A program made the position numbers and the translations under genes. This document shows, piece after piece, positions 1 through 12,156 of a DNA stretch of 64,000 nucleotides (position 1 is the stretch's first letter; the number at the start of each line of letters is the position of its first letter). The notes beneath the pieces are model-generated. The model saw nothing but the letters and a program-made list of their open reading frames with translations. It ran no database searches and was not told where the DNA came from. The DNA lies in contig OX597821.1 in NCBI GenBank assembly GCA_951406725.2, positions 48,732,001 to 48,796,000 on the forward strand. The letters are read 5' to 3'. The stretch comes from Octopus vulgaris (taxonomy: Eukaryota).

Positions 1-29
1 GTTTTCGTCTCCTATGAGGGCGCAAGAAT
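1..29 (-). CDS. vWA-domain gene, putative next coding exon (runs off the window)
   Basis: Acceptor tttttcag at 30-37 on the minus strand. Phase 1 matches the previous exon and reads (N)SCALIGDEN without a stop. Only 29 nt are visible. Confidence 0.5.
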
Positions 30-722
30 CTGAAAAATATAACATTCGATATAACTGTTGTTCAGCACGATAACAAGAGCTTACAAAGTTTCCTACTCTA
101 GATACTGTCATTGTTTTACATCTTCAAACAGATACTTAAACGGATTAAATAAATAAAAGCACGTGTTTTTAATGCCAACAATGTCGTTGTTTATTGTTTT
201 AAATTTTGTTTGCACTACGCTCACAGTTACCTAAATGTGGAGTCTATACGCATACAATCGTTTGTAAATCATTGTGCCTTTGTAGGATTCAAATTTCAAG
301 TTGAAAGAAGGCAAGTTTTTATTTCATTATTTTATTGCTTCCTTGTTATTTTCTTAATTTGACTGATTTAATAATTGATGGGAAATTACTTATCAAGTTG
401 TGAGATTTATAAGATTATGGGTTCATTAAAGAAGTTTAAACACGGGCTTCGTGCACGAAGACAAGTTTACAGGAAAACATTCCTACGTGTTGTTCCTAGT
501 GAATCATCTGTAAATTCACCAAAAGTCATCTTCAACTCAAAAATTTGTTAATAAATCAAAGGGCTAATTTCATTACTTCCCACCACAGCGTACAGGCATG
601 TCTTCCTAGTTATGAAGTTAAGACATAAATCTATCAAATAAGTTAGTAATTCAACATTTCAGGCACTCGCCCGACGATTTTGTTTCTATGATATAAGCGA
701 CAATGTTTGTTTTGATACTTAC

Positions 723-875
723 TTTGTAAATTGCTTTGTTCTAATGATTTAGATAATTTTAAAACTAATGTTTCTTTTTTCTTAGTAGTTACAGATGTCG
801 CAGCCGAGGATTTCGTCGTTTTTGCTGTAATACTTGTTAATGTTGCTGTTGAAGGTAAGGTTGTTGTAACGATGA
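723..875 (-). CDS. vWA-domain gene, Thr/Ser-rich linker exon
   Basis: ttttcag acceptor and GTAAGT donor (acttac at 717-722). 153 nt, phase 1-1, reading IVTTTLPSTATLTSITAKTTKSSAATSVTTKKKETLVLKLSKSLEQSNLQ. Confidence 0.8.
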
Positions 876-1793
876 CTGAAAAGAGGCAAACAGACTTTAG
901 ATTTGGGCAAAATGGTGTATTGTCAGAGTAAATAAGGTATACAATTTCAATGCTAATTACTTACAGTAACCTGACTTTTTCCTAATTATGATACTCTATG
1001 AGTGAAAAGAAATTGTAATTTCATAAACAATGTAAGAGATATACATGATGAAGTGAGGCGCTATCCAGTTTGTTGATAACCGTATCAAGAAAAGATTCAA
1101 CGTTACTTCATTTATTACTTGTAATGTGCGCAAGCTTTGCACACGCCAGATAATTTATTGAATTAGGATGCAGAAACACGTGTCATGAAGACCGATGTCA
1201 TTCATAGTCCAGATATGCTTTGACATAAATTGTCTTTAAAATAAATTTCTTTTCTGAGCCAGTTACCGCAGAGAAGCTCTCACCACGTTTGAACGTAGAT
1301 GAACGTGTTAAATGTAATTGAAGATTTGTTCGATTTAACAAAACCACCCAACCTTTGAAAATATTTGAGCCAATTTACCGGTAACAAAAAAACTTCACTC
1401 CTTATTACTTACCAGTTTTGGAAGCCTTGAAAATTGTTATGGGAGCATACACACATTTGTGTGTGTACTTGTGTGTGTGTGTACAAGCGAGTGTATACCT
1501 GTGTGTGTACCTGTGTAAGTGATTGAAACCTGGTATAACGTAGAACTGAGCTATCTGTTTCAGGAGTTAGGATACTTAACATGTATAACTGAATAGTGTT
1601 ACATTGTAATAAATGTATATTGGCCAATAATCGATATTATACTCTGAATTCGATATTGGTTAGGGAATATCAAAATAATTTTCATTTGTTGTGTTACATA
1701 TCTATTTCAACAACGGTAAACCGTTTAACTTTCCCCCACTAATGTAGAAATTCAAATCCAATTCTGAATAGTATCAGATATATCAAATATAAA

Positions 1794-2076
1794 ACGATCG
1801 ATTTGCACGTCAGAGGCGCTTTGGACTTCCGCCAGTTTCCTCTGGCTTCCTCTCGACCGGGCGTAGATCGCCATCTTTCGGGTCCCCGGCTGCCTGCTAC
1901 ACCTGAGTCGGAGCGGGAACGCGACGACGCGCGGAAACGCGGTCGCGGACGCGGGGACTCGACCCGGTAACGATGCTTCGAGGCACCACGCGCGCCTCGA
2001 CGACGGCGCCCGGAGGCACCGGCGCCGGCGATGCGAGCAACGACGTGTCACGTTCTCGCTTTCGCTGTGCCGTCGT
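1794..2076 (-). pseudogene. 28S rDNA fragment (D3 expansion segment and the conserved core after it)
   Basis: GC-rich island. The plus strand has acgatcgatttgcacgtcaga...gtttcctctggcttc...ccatctttcgggtcc, the reverse complement of the conserved LSU core that begins GACCCGAAAGATGG. Isolated ~280 bp inside an intron. Confidence 0.88.
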
Positions 2077-2122
2077 ATTTTTTAATCATTTCTAACAACT
2101 TCACGTTTTTTACAGTAATATA

Positions 2123-2883
2123 CAGGCTGTTCGGGCTAAATTTGATAGCTGGCATGATAAAAAAAAGTACTTTAAAAAATCAAAAATAATCAGCTAGATG
2201 ATGGCTGGGAGATAATTTCCGTTAAGTAGCCACCCTGAGCTTTCACGACGTCCTCAAGACGTCTGCAGAATCTGGCATATTCGTTAGTCCCAGTGTCCAT
2301 GGGAAGATCTTCAAACAACTCTTAGCCGCCAGCTCCGCCTTGGTATTTCAGGTAAAGCGGTTGGTGTCTTTGCCAACCGTGCCCCACATAGAGTAATCCA
2401 TGGGGTTACAATCGGAGAAATTAGGAAGCCAGAAATTAGAGCTGGTGAAGTCAAAGAAATTCTCCGAAAGTCACTTTTGACTCTTTCTGGATGTATGGCA
2501 AGGAGATGAAGCCTGCTGTCATACATAAGGTCTTCTAGCAGCAATCCGATCCAGTCATGATGTGACCACAGTTTCCAGCACTTTCACATAGTCATCTGAA
2601 TTGAACTTAAGCCCCTGTTCAAAGTTGTGGTGCGGCATGACGTCACTCTCACAGAAGTCTTAAGGTATGTCACTTAAGACATACCTTAAGACCATCACTA
2701 CTGGGGAACTTTGTTTCATTGATGTCAGTGTACGTCTTACAGCCTTCACAAAGAACTGAGCAGCAGTCATGATGTCGGCATTTTGATATCCGGTGAAAAT
2801 CATCATGACACAGTAACATTTTTTAGACCAATATTTAAACCAAATAAGCCATGGAAATCGTCAGATTTAACACGAACACCCTG
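2123..2883 (-). mobile_element. Internally deleted, degenerate Tc1/mariner (maT-like) DNA transposon
   Basis: Imperfect TIRs: caggctgttcgggctaaatttga on the left, and the reverse complement cagggtgttcgtgttaaatctga on the right. TA on the left flank. Decayed transposase remnant resembling (W)PPNSPDCNPMDY. Confidence 0.7.
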
Positions 2884-3123
2884 CAGAAAAGAAGCTACCT
2901 TAGTGAAGGTCTCCTATTAAACCACAGTGGCATAACACGATATTCATCTCGATCTATTTAATATGAGGGGAAATCTAAGGTGAGAAGGACTATCAGAAAA
3001 GATGTAAAACAAGATTAAAATGGCATGCAGTGTTTAGGTACATTTCTATGTTCTGCGTTCAAATCCGGTCGGTGGCTCTCTACTTTATAGACTATATAAA
3101 TTGAATACCCGTTGTTACATATA

Positions 3124-3263
3124 CACTACCGTCAGAAATTAATTAGCACCCTTGATTTGCTCTTCACTCAAGGTATGTCCTGTCACCTAGTCTCATAGGT
3201 TAATTGATTTAACCTATTTAATGTAGAAATTTGAGAAGTGCTAATTAATTTCTGACGCAAGTG
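3124..3263. mobile_element. 140-bp Tc1/mariner-type MITE
   Basis: TIRs cactaccgtcagaaattaattagcac and gtgctaattaatttctgacgcaagtg, with TA on both sides. Confidence 0.75.
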
Positions 3264-3403
3264 TAAGGGTGATTCATTGGATTCTAACCCTTCCACAAAA
3301 ACGTATGTACTTGTGTCAGTATAAAAAAGTAGCTTATATTTCTACGTTAATCTTTAACTAAAACCAAATTTGAAATTAAAGAAAAGCCTATTTTCACACT
3401 TAC

Positions 3404-3558
3404 TCTTACACAGAAGTTTTCGGAGTATTCCAACAATTCCTTGCAAACCGGAGAAATTAGAAACATCAAACATCTCTCTTTCAGACGTTGCTATTTGACT
3501 CAGTTCAGCTCTGGAGATAGCATGACCGACTCCAACAGTTAACATCACAATAGAGATT
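3404..3558 (-). CDS. vWA-domain gene, C-terminal vWA exon (5' boundary uncertain)
   Basis: Reads ISIVMLTVGVGHAISRAELSQIATSEREMFDVSNFSGLQGIVGILRKLLCK, a typical vWA C-terminus. GTAAGT donor at 3403-3398. Candidate AG acceptors give exon starts at 3558 or 3564. Confidence 0.75.
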
Positions 3559-3855
3559 CTGTTTCTATTTAGTGTATATAGGACAATTCAACTTTAGGAG
3601 ATAATTTAATTACAATCACTCTGAGAAATAGTATGTATATACAGGGTAAGTCATTCGTGGGATGTATTATATACAGGGATGTAGTATATACAAGTGCAAC
3701 ATTAAAATAATTACAAAATTACAAAATTAAATTGGCAAATAAAATAAATGATAAAACTCTTACAACTGCACTGTTATAATATGCAGAGTAACGTTGAGAG
3801 AAATATTGTTCTACATGGTGAAATTACATAGAAAAATGTCAATGAAAATTTGTTG

Positions 3856-3941
3856 TTCATTTTGAGGAATTAATTATAGTAGTAAATGTACCTATTGGTT
3901 CATTTTGAGGAATTAATTATAGTAGTAAATGTACCTATTGG
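3856..3941. repeat. 43-bp tandem duplication
   Basis: ttcattttgaggaattaattatagtagtaaatgtacctattgg occurs twice. Confidence 0.9.
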
Positions 3942-4329
3942 TCTCATTTTAAATGTATAGTCTATTTCATTTAAAATGGATTGTGTGTATAAATTCCAGT
4001 TCACCGGACAAAGAATCAATGACAGTTTGCACACTTTATAACTTTATGTAATAACATTATTACATAGTCAAACACGCGTTACCTACCTAAGTGTGTGTGT
4101 ATGCACACACACACACACACACACACACAGATATGTATACACGCACAAACACACACAAACATGCACACACATACACACGCACACACACACACTCATACTC
4201 ACACACACACATACATACTCACACACACACATACACACACATACATATACATACACACATACAGCTTATGGTGGGAATATCTATAATTACTCATTATTAT
4301 GTAGGGTTGTGAACATAAATATATCTTTT

Positions 4330-4516
4330 ATCATTTACTTGTTTCAGTCATTTGACTGCGGCCATGTTGAGGCACCACCTTAAACGGTTTTAGTCAAACA
4401 AACCGACCCCAGGACTTTTTTAAAGCCTGTTATCTATTGTATCGGATTATTTTTTTGCCAAACCGCTAGGTTAAAGAAGTGGTGTGGAAGAAACTCAGAC
4501 ACAAAGACACACATAA
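4330..4516 (-). mobile_element. 3' part of the tRNA-derived SINE family seen complete at 16099
   Basis: cttgtttcagtcatttgactgcggccatg... matches the reverse complement of 16440-16530. An oppositely oriented copy lies at ~5553-5675. Confidence 0.7.
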
Positions 4517-4677
4517 ACACACACACACAAACAAACAAACACACATATATTCCACTGCGAGATATGTACTCATCTTATAGGGTTGAAATCATCCTAGTTA
4601 TACAGGTTTACCACCCTATATCTATGATAAATATCACATTGATATAAATGGGTATATTAAAAATGTAGAATATTATA

Positions 4678-6380
4678 AAGAAGAAGAAAACAGAGCGTAT
4701 ATAGATATAAATTAATTTATTAACATATAGTTAATTAATTTTACTCAATACTAATTACAAATTTGTAAATAAAATAAAATAAAATTTGCATTTAGAATAT
4801 CATATGAGTAAAATCTCATCAGGGCTAATTGGCATAAAATGGTTACATGTTGTTAGGTTGAGATTTTAAAACAGACTGAATAAACGAAGATATGTTTATA
4901 TGTATGTGGGTGTTCAATATATTTCATAATAAAATAAAATAAAATGTGAATAAAAATAAAAATAAATAAAACAAAATGCGAATAAAAATAAATAAAACAA
5001 TATAGCCGTTATAAATTTCTGTCTATAGATTTTACTAATTTGTATGAGTGCACGCGCGCGCGTGCTTGAAAGAATAAACAAATTCATTTACTTATTTATG
5101 CTTGTGCGCGTTAATGAAAATAAAAATAATAATAATAGGTTATATGCGCGTATTATTTCCGCTTATAATTATTTGTGTGTGTGCATGTTAACTTATTTTA
5201 AAACAAAGGGACCATCAAAGTTGGATTTACATTAATATATCTTATGTTTACCAGTAAGATTGTCAATTAATGCATATTATTAATTATTATAAATATTAAT
5301 TGATTATTAAATTCATGGATATGAAACAATAAATATTATTATTAATTAAAACTAACAATTTAGTCTTAATAGTTATTTGAAATTATTCTATCTATTTAAT
5401 TTGTATTAATCCAGAGTTTAGTATAATGTGTATCTCATGATCAGGTTGGGTAATTGATATAAAGAATTCGTGTTTTACGTCATAAAAGATTGTGTTGTTT
5501 GTATTAGACCTCATTTTGTTTATAGATTAAAAGACATATACTAGCATAACATTATGTGTGTCTTTGTGTCTGAGTTTCTCCCCCACCACCGCTTTAACTT
5601 AGTGTTTCAGCAAACAACCTATACAATAGGTAACAGGCTTTAAAAAAAGTCCTGAGGTCGGTTTGTTTGACTAAGATATATTTATTTATCGAATTTTATT
5701 GAATGATATTAAATTGTATTATATTTTATTTTATTTTATTGTACTTTCGAAATACACATTGAGAGAAATGTTTACAACATAAAATAGATTCTTGTCGGCT
5801 ATTAAGAAGTTTAAGTTTCAAAGTCAAGATTTGGATAGATTTCGTGTACACATAAGTCACAGCGTCTTTTACTAATATTATAGGATTTAGAATGACTAAT
5901 AATTTCCCACTCTTTACATTCCTTTACATTCTTTTAGCTTCCAAATAAATTTGCTTAGACTGGTAGAATTTAATCTATACCTATTCTTAAATGTAGATTC
6001 ATGGTTTGCGATTCTACACTTTACGAAATTTTCCGTATATCCAAAATAAAAATATCTAACGGCTATATTGTTTTATGCATTTTTTATTCGCATTTTGTCT
6101 TATTTATTTTTATTTTTATTCTTATTTTATTTTATTTTATTATGAAATATATTTAACACCCACTCACACATATAAACATATCTTCGTTTATTCAGTCTGT
6201 TTCAAAATCTCAACCTAACATGTAACCCTTTTATGTCAATTACTCATATGATATTCTAAATGCAAATTTTATTTTATTTATAAATTTATAATTAGTATTG
6301 AGTAAGATTGAAGGTATTTTTAATTAACTGTGTGCTAATAAATTAATTTATATCTATATACTCTCCATTTTCTTCTTGTT
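4678..6380. mobile_element. Decayed Penelope-like element remnant bounded by ~330-bp inverted repeats
   Basis: 4678-5010 is an imperfect reverse complement of 6058-6380. The left arm keeps CTGATGA (4822-4816, minus strand) followed by a long stem attttactca/tgagtaaaat. Confidence 0.55.
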
Positions 6381-6552
6381 TATAGCCTCTTGTTCGAGAC
6401 TATAATAGAAGACACTTGTCCAAGGTACCACGCAGTGGGACTGAACCTGGAACCATATGATTGGGAAGCAAGCTTCTTACCACACAGCCACGCCTGCGCC
6501 TATACATGTTCAGGATTCGTTCGTGTGTTGGATAAATTTTATTGTGACTTAC

Positions 6553-6851
6553 CTCCATCATTTTGGTTACCTTCCTGATTCCAGCTGCCGTATCTGTTCC
6601 GTCTTTGGGATGATGCAGACGATTTGCTAGAAACTTTAACGTTTCCTTCGAGTGAAATTTTTTCAAGCCAATAACATCTCCAATATTGCTCGAATAAACA
6701 ATAATTCCGATATGTATTGTGTTTAGACCGATGTCAAAACTACCGATCAATTCTTTCACGAAATTTTTGCTTCTCACCCAATCGTTGTCACTGATGCTAT
6801 CAGAACCGTCAAGTAAAATGACAACATCTACAGGTTGATTACATTTCATTT
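6553..6851 (-). CDS. vWA-domain gene, N-terminal vWA exon (collagen VI/matrilin/Pif-like vWA)
   Basis: tttcag acceptor and GTAAGT donor. Reads CNQPVDVVILLDGSDSIS...FVKELIGSFDIG...IGIIVYS...GTDTAAGI, with the MIDAS DxSxS motif and Thr. 299 nt, phase 1-0. Confidence 0.92.
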
Positions 6852-7482
6852 CTGAAACAAAACAAATTCTTAATGAAAGTGTTATAAAGAAAAACCTAAT
6901 TTAAGGGAAATATTCGATTTGTAGCTAATTATAATCGTTTTTTCTTTCTTTTAGACAACGGAGAGGCAGAGCCTGTGACCATTTTACAGAGTGTCAGGGG
7001 CCTCGTGTGTGAGGAAGTCATCCTCAAACTGGAGACCTTACCTGAATGCTTACAACTATGTCGACTCTTAAAGGCACCCAGAGTACAGTACTATGGTGTT
7101 ATACTGGATGATGGATTGAGTCTGTTACTAATGTACGCTGTGGCGTGATATGAGCTCAAAACGCAAAGAGCAGAATCAAAAATGCCGCCCGATATACTGC
7201 CAGTGTTGCTAGTGCAAAGCCCTGGATTGATAGGCACGATTTGAATTCACACCGCTAACTAACCAGCTTCTATTTAGCATTGATGAACGGTCAAAATGTC
7301 TATTCGTGATCATTGTATATTCTGCCCAAACCTAATATAATTTGAATTACATTATTTAGCGTGTACTTCCATTTTAAACACAGTAGATTGTAATTTGATA
7401 GAAATATGGTTGCTATTTTTAACGGAACGAATTCACCGGTAGTTTGATATTATTTTCTGTTATATTTCAATTTGTGCGTGTA

Positions 7483-7521
<39 letters not shown>

Positions 7522-8186
7522 GGGAGGGGAGAGAGATTCACACATATAAATAATGTATTGATCACAGAAGCAAGGGCAGCGTCCATGATAGTTTTCAGGG
7601 TCCCTTTGAGAGAGGAAAAGAGGAGATAAGCCTTAGACCAGATACTTGGCTATTAGACTTGCAGCATAGCATAACCTGTTAAAGTGCCGGATTAACAATA
7701 ACTGCCTCAATATTCATTATAAAAATGAAATCACGCGGTATTGGACTTTCTAAACAAACTTTTATAACATTTGTTGTACATTTCTTTGGAGTTTTGGCAC
7801 AAACGTATATGATATGAAATTCAAAGTGAAATTCAAGAGAAATCAAAATCAGATAGTGGATACAGTATAGTAAGAGGTTAGACTGAGTTGCTGAAATAGT
7901 AAAAAGAAGGCTGAGTACAATATGCCTCGGTATTCAGAAGATAGGTTCTTCTAAGTCAAAATTAGAAATTAAACCAAATTCGAAAACATCTGCAAGTTTG
8001 GTTTGTCTTCAAGAACATCTCTTTAAATATTGTATTTCCATGTAAGGCTAAATTTGGTAGATTTATTCTTTAAGATAGAAACATGGTGTTTTTTCGAGTC
8101 ACTTTCAATGTTTTTATCTTATGAATTGTGCAGAGGTTTGCGGTCAGCTTTGCTGACAATGAATCATTAGCGTATATATAACTTAC

Positions 8187-8271
8187 CTTCGGTATAAATT
8201 TTTGGATGATAAGCAAAAAATAACCCTAGAACTAGCCAAATAGAAACTGAAGTTTTCAGGGAAAGCCACAT
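8187..8271 (-). CDS. vWA-domain gene, first coding exon (signal peptide)
   Basis: ATG at 8271, reading MWLSLKTSVSIWLVLGLFFAYHPKIYTE (hydrophobic leader). Acceptor at 8287-8288, GTAAGT donor at 8186-8181. Phase 1 joins the next exon in frame. Confidence 0.8.
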
Positions 8272-8593
8272 TTTGTTTATTTCAATCTGAAATTAGAAGA
8301 CAATTAGTGAAGTAAGTTTGTTTTTTTTTTTGTGGGGAGTGTAATTTGTTTAATCTTTTATTGTTTTCTTTTTGACATCAACCCCGGTTACCAAAATGTG
8401 AAATTATAATTAACAGATAATCAACTAGACATGTTATTTTGGCAGTTAATTCGAAAAAGAATACAGTCATTAATATTTAGCAGACACAGTCCATTTGCAT
8501 GAATTGAACGTGTAATTGACATACATTTACGAAGCACTGAAATGGTGGCCATTCATCGGCTTGACAAGAAAACATAATAATAATCGTATGATA

Positions 8594-8790
8594 TACAATC
8601 CCTGTTATTTGTCTTGAAACATTGAAGTTATCGTCTTGAATCGTTTATCTCTGGAATCGTATTTTTTATACCTTGCTGAGTCTGCAGAAATGGGCAGTAA
8701 CTATGTCATTCTTAGGCCTTCTGAAATCAGTGAGAATGATGTCTTTAACCATTGCAACTCAATGTTGTCATCAGTATGGGGCCTCGAGGA
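8594..8790 (-). ncRNA. Degenerate hammerhead-like motif with long stem II
   Basis: Minus strand: cata-CTGATGA-c-aacattgagttg...taacttcaatgtt-tc-AAGAc...GTA-tat. The GAAA box is mutated. The upstream ctcgagg context resembles the hammerhead at 17712. Confidence 0.35.
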
Positions 8791-9214
8791 TGGAAACAAC
8801 ATGGGTAATGAAAGAAAAAAAGTGGATGAAGAATGCATGAGTAGAGGTAATATGAGCGCAGCCAGCTCCGAAGAGAAAATATGCTTATTGCAGCAGTAGG
8901 AAAGGTGTGGAAAAGAGACAAGACACATATAAGAACCAGAGTCTAAGACACATATAAAAACCAGAGTCTGAGAGTGGCTAATCAGCCGGTGACCATTTCT
9001 GGGCGATATCTGTTTTTGTGCAGCAGCGTGGTTCTAGTGGTTACTCCGTTGTGCGTTGTGGGACTCACTTTAGCTTTGCAGAGTGCCAATAATTGTTGGG
9101 AGCTGAAGTATCTTCTTTCCCTGACGAGAAAGGCAAGTTGTTGCAATACGATCCTAGCTATGTTAGGGATTAGCTTTCACCTGCGGAGAAGCTCGACAAT
9201 AGTAAGGCCTAATA

Positions 9215-10463
9215 TCGGGTCATCCCATAAATAATGGAGTTTTTTCAATTACCTGAACAAAAAGTCGGAGGGGGACGGGATAAACTACGTGCATCAACTT
9301 GCTATAAAAGCAGGTATAATTTTACCTAGTACTTATTCTTAATGCAAAATTTGAAGAGTGCAGTTCGTTTTTAACAGTTATTTTGTCGAGGCTATAATGG
9401 AAGTGACAAAGGTGCATATTCAGCATATTTTGCTTTATGAGTTCAATAAAAGCAACAACGCAACGGAAAGTGCGAGGAATATTAATGCAGTATATGGGGA
9501 TATGACAATAAGCGTAAGCCAGTGGCAACGGGGGTTCCAGAAATTCCGAGCCGGAAACTACAGCCTAGAAGACGAGCCTCGTCCTGGATGATCTGTAGAG
9601 CTCGACGAGGACGTCCTGCAAACCCTGGTGGAACAAAATTCCATCGTGACTGTTGAACTAGCAGAGAAGCTTGGATTTGGTCATTCAACCATTCATCGAC
9701 ACCTTCGTGCCATCGGAAAAGTCAGCAGATTGAGTCAATGGGTTACTCACAAACTTTCCGAGTCTAATCGTGCGCAGAAAGTGATTGTGTGCTCTTCTTT
9801 GCTGTCACGTCTTACGGATGACCCTTTTTTGGACCGACCGGCTAGTGACAGGTGATGAGAAATGGGTTCTCTATAAAAATGTTAAGCGCCGTAGACAGTG
9901 GATAGGGAAAGTAGAAACATCGGCACCCCAGTCTAAAAGAAGGTCTTCACCCACGTAATGAGTTGTTATCTGTTTGGTGAGATATGAAAGGTATAGTCCA
10001 CCTTGAACTTTTAAAGCCAAACCAAGCGTTAACAAAGGAGATCTATTGCGAACAGCTTGAGCAGCTTAAGTCAGCGCTAGAATAAAAACGACCTCTTTGG
10101 TTTCAAGATGAAAAGTGTTCTTCCATCAGGATAATGCTCGGCCACATACAGCGAGGATGACACTCTAAAGGCTGCAGCAGTTTGAATGGGAAACGATTCC
10201 CCACCTACAATATTCGCCGGACATTGCTCTATCTGATTATCATTTATTCCGCAGTCTTCAAAATCATTTGGACGGAAAAAAAACATGAATTCTGTAGAGG
10301 AGTATTTTTCATCACGGACAAGTGAATTTTGGAAAAGATAGAGGGAAGAGCATTGTAGAAAATGAAGGAGAATATATTTTAGATTAAAAAGGAACTTTGT
10401 TTATCTTAATTTTGAAAAATAAAAGAAGTACAAAAAAACCACATTATTTATGGGATGAATCAA
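9215..10463 (+). mobile_element. Full-length decayed mariner (DD34D) element
   Basis: TIRs tcgggtcatcccataaataatg and cattatttatgggatgaatcaa, with TA TSDs. Transposase from ATG 9397: MEVTKVHIQHILLYEF, WVTHKL, VTGDEKW, FHQDNARPH, YSPDIALSDYHLF. Several stops and frameshifts. Confidence 0.95.
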
Positions 10464-11353
10464 TATTTAAAGCGAACGTCGGGACTTTAGCTGATTGCCC
10501 CTCATGTTTATGTGGATGTAGTGCAATAATATTTTCTTCATATCATACTTTTTAAGAAGACCAAAACTAAACTTAAACATATGACTAATGCTCTAAAATC
10601 TATGTTGCATGCTTCTAAAGTGCATATACCATGACTGGGCCTACGTCCGATAGCCATATTAGAATGACAGCCTTTTTCTGGAAACTTTTTCTGTAAAACA
10701 ATGTTTCAATGTAGCAACGAAAGTATAAAACCCAACTCAATTATTTTTGTAAATCCTTTCTATCAAATAGCATAGAATTCTATGAGAAAGTCCCGGAAAT
10801 GTGGTTTTATGCATTGTAATTATATTTAAGCTAATGTCGGAATTAGTGAGTGTCATAAATTCCGCTTTAATAGGTGGATGTGTTATTAAATTCTCTATCG
10901 TTACATTGTGTTTAGTCTTTGCAAGTTTTGAATCAGTAAATTGGTAGAGGCTACACTCCGCTTTTGCGGATGGCTACCATAGGTAACATCTGAAACACTG
11001 GCTGTAAATATACATACATATATAAGTACGTATATACATATATGCATGCATATATGCATACATATATATATCTACATATATATATATATAAATTAGGGTA
11101 TCTACGAGATACCTCCATGCTGAAAATAGCAGCCATAATCTGATTTTAAAACCACCTAAATTTTCCATATATCAACACGGAGAAAAAAACAAAGAGACAA
11201 GATGAAACTAGTAAAAAATTACTGGATAATTCTAATTTATAATTTTGATAATTATTACCTTTGAAGGTTATTTTTTCCATGCTGACCACTTGATAAAATC
11301 GTTATTTTATTTTTAAATTGACGATCTTATCCTTATTTATATACATACATACA

Positions 11354-11440
<87 letters not shown>

Positions 11441-11443
<3 letters not shown>

Positions 11444-11730
11444 TGTATCAAAGTTTATCGAATATTTTCTTACACTACTGGTCACAATACATTCCTTTGC
11501 ATTGTTGTAGCTTTCAAATAATGCCATTCCATTGGCTTGGCAGATTGGCCAGCATTTCCTCTGAACGGAACACCAGTCCGTCGCAGGGTTACACATGCAC
11601 AGCTGAATGGACTGGAGCAAATTGAAATGTTTTTACTTTATAACATAACCGCACCGGGCCGGTCTGAGTATTCAAACAGCGATTTTGCAATCGTGAGTTG
11701 AATACCCTAACCACTAGGACACAAGTCTTC
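11441..11730 (-). mobile_element. tRNA-derived SINE
   Basis: Minus-strand head cctagtggttagggt...tttgaatac (decayed A and B boxes), central aaccctgcgacggactgg, ending at a (TA)n tract. Confidence 0.6.
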
Positions 11731-11735
11731 AAACA

Positions 11736-11766
<31 letters not shown>

Positions 11767-12081
11767 GCACAAACATAAACACACACACATATACGTGTGC
11801 CAACGTTGTATAAGAGAAATTCGACAAAATTTTCTCTGGAACTTATTGGTACCAATTTCTTACAGACTCGTAATAAAATCAAATTAATTAACAAAATGAA
11901 CAAAATAAATGTTGTTTTGTGCCCCCTCTTTGTCATCATCATCATCTTTTACTTTTAAGAGTAAGTTTTTATACTTTTGCGAGTGATGTACAAGCTGATA
12001 CAAATGATTATATATGCTTTTACGAATACCTCTAAACATTTTTACAAGTGGGTATATAAAATTTTACACACTGTTGCGAGT

Positions 12082-12156
<75 letters not shown>

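Noticed and set aside
1752-2051. 99-aa Arg-rich ORF or CpG-island promoter
   Set aside because: Explained by the 28S rDNA fragment.
10960-11010. Hairpin followed by GAAAC as a hammerhead
   Set aside because: The first core box reads TTGCGGA and the cleavage triplet is absent.
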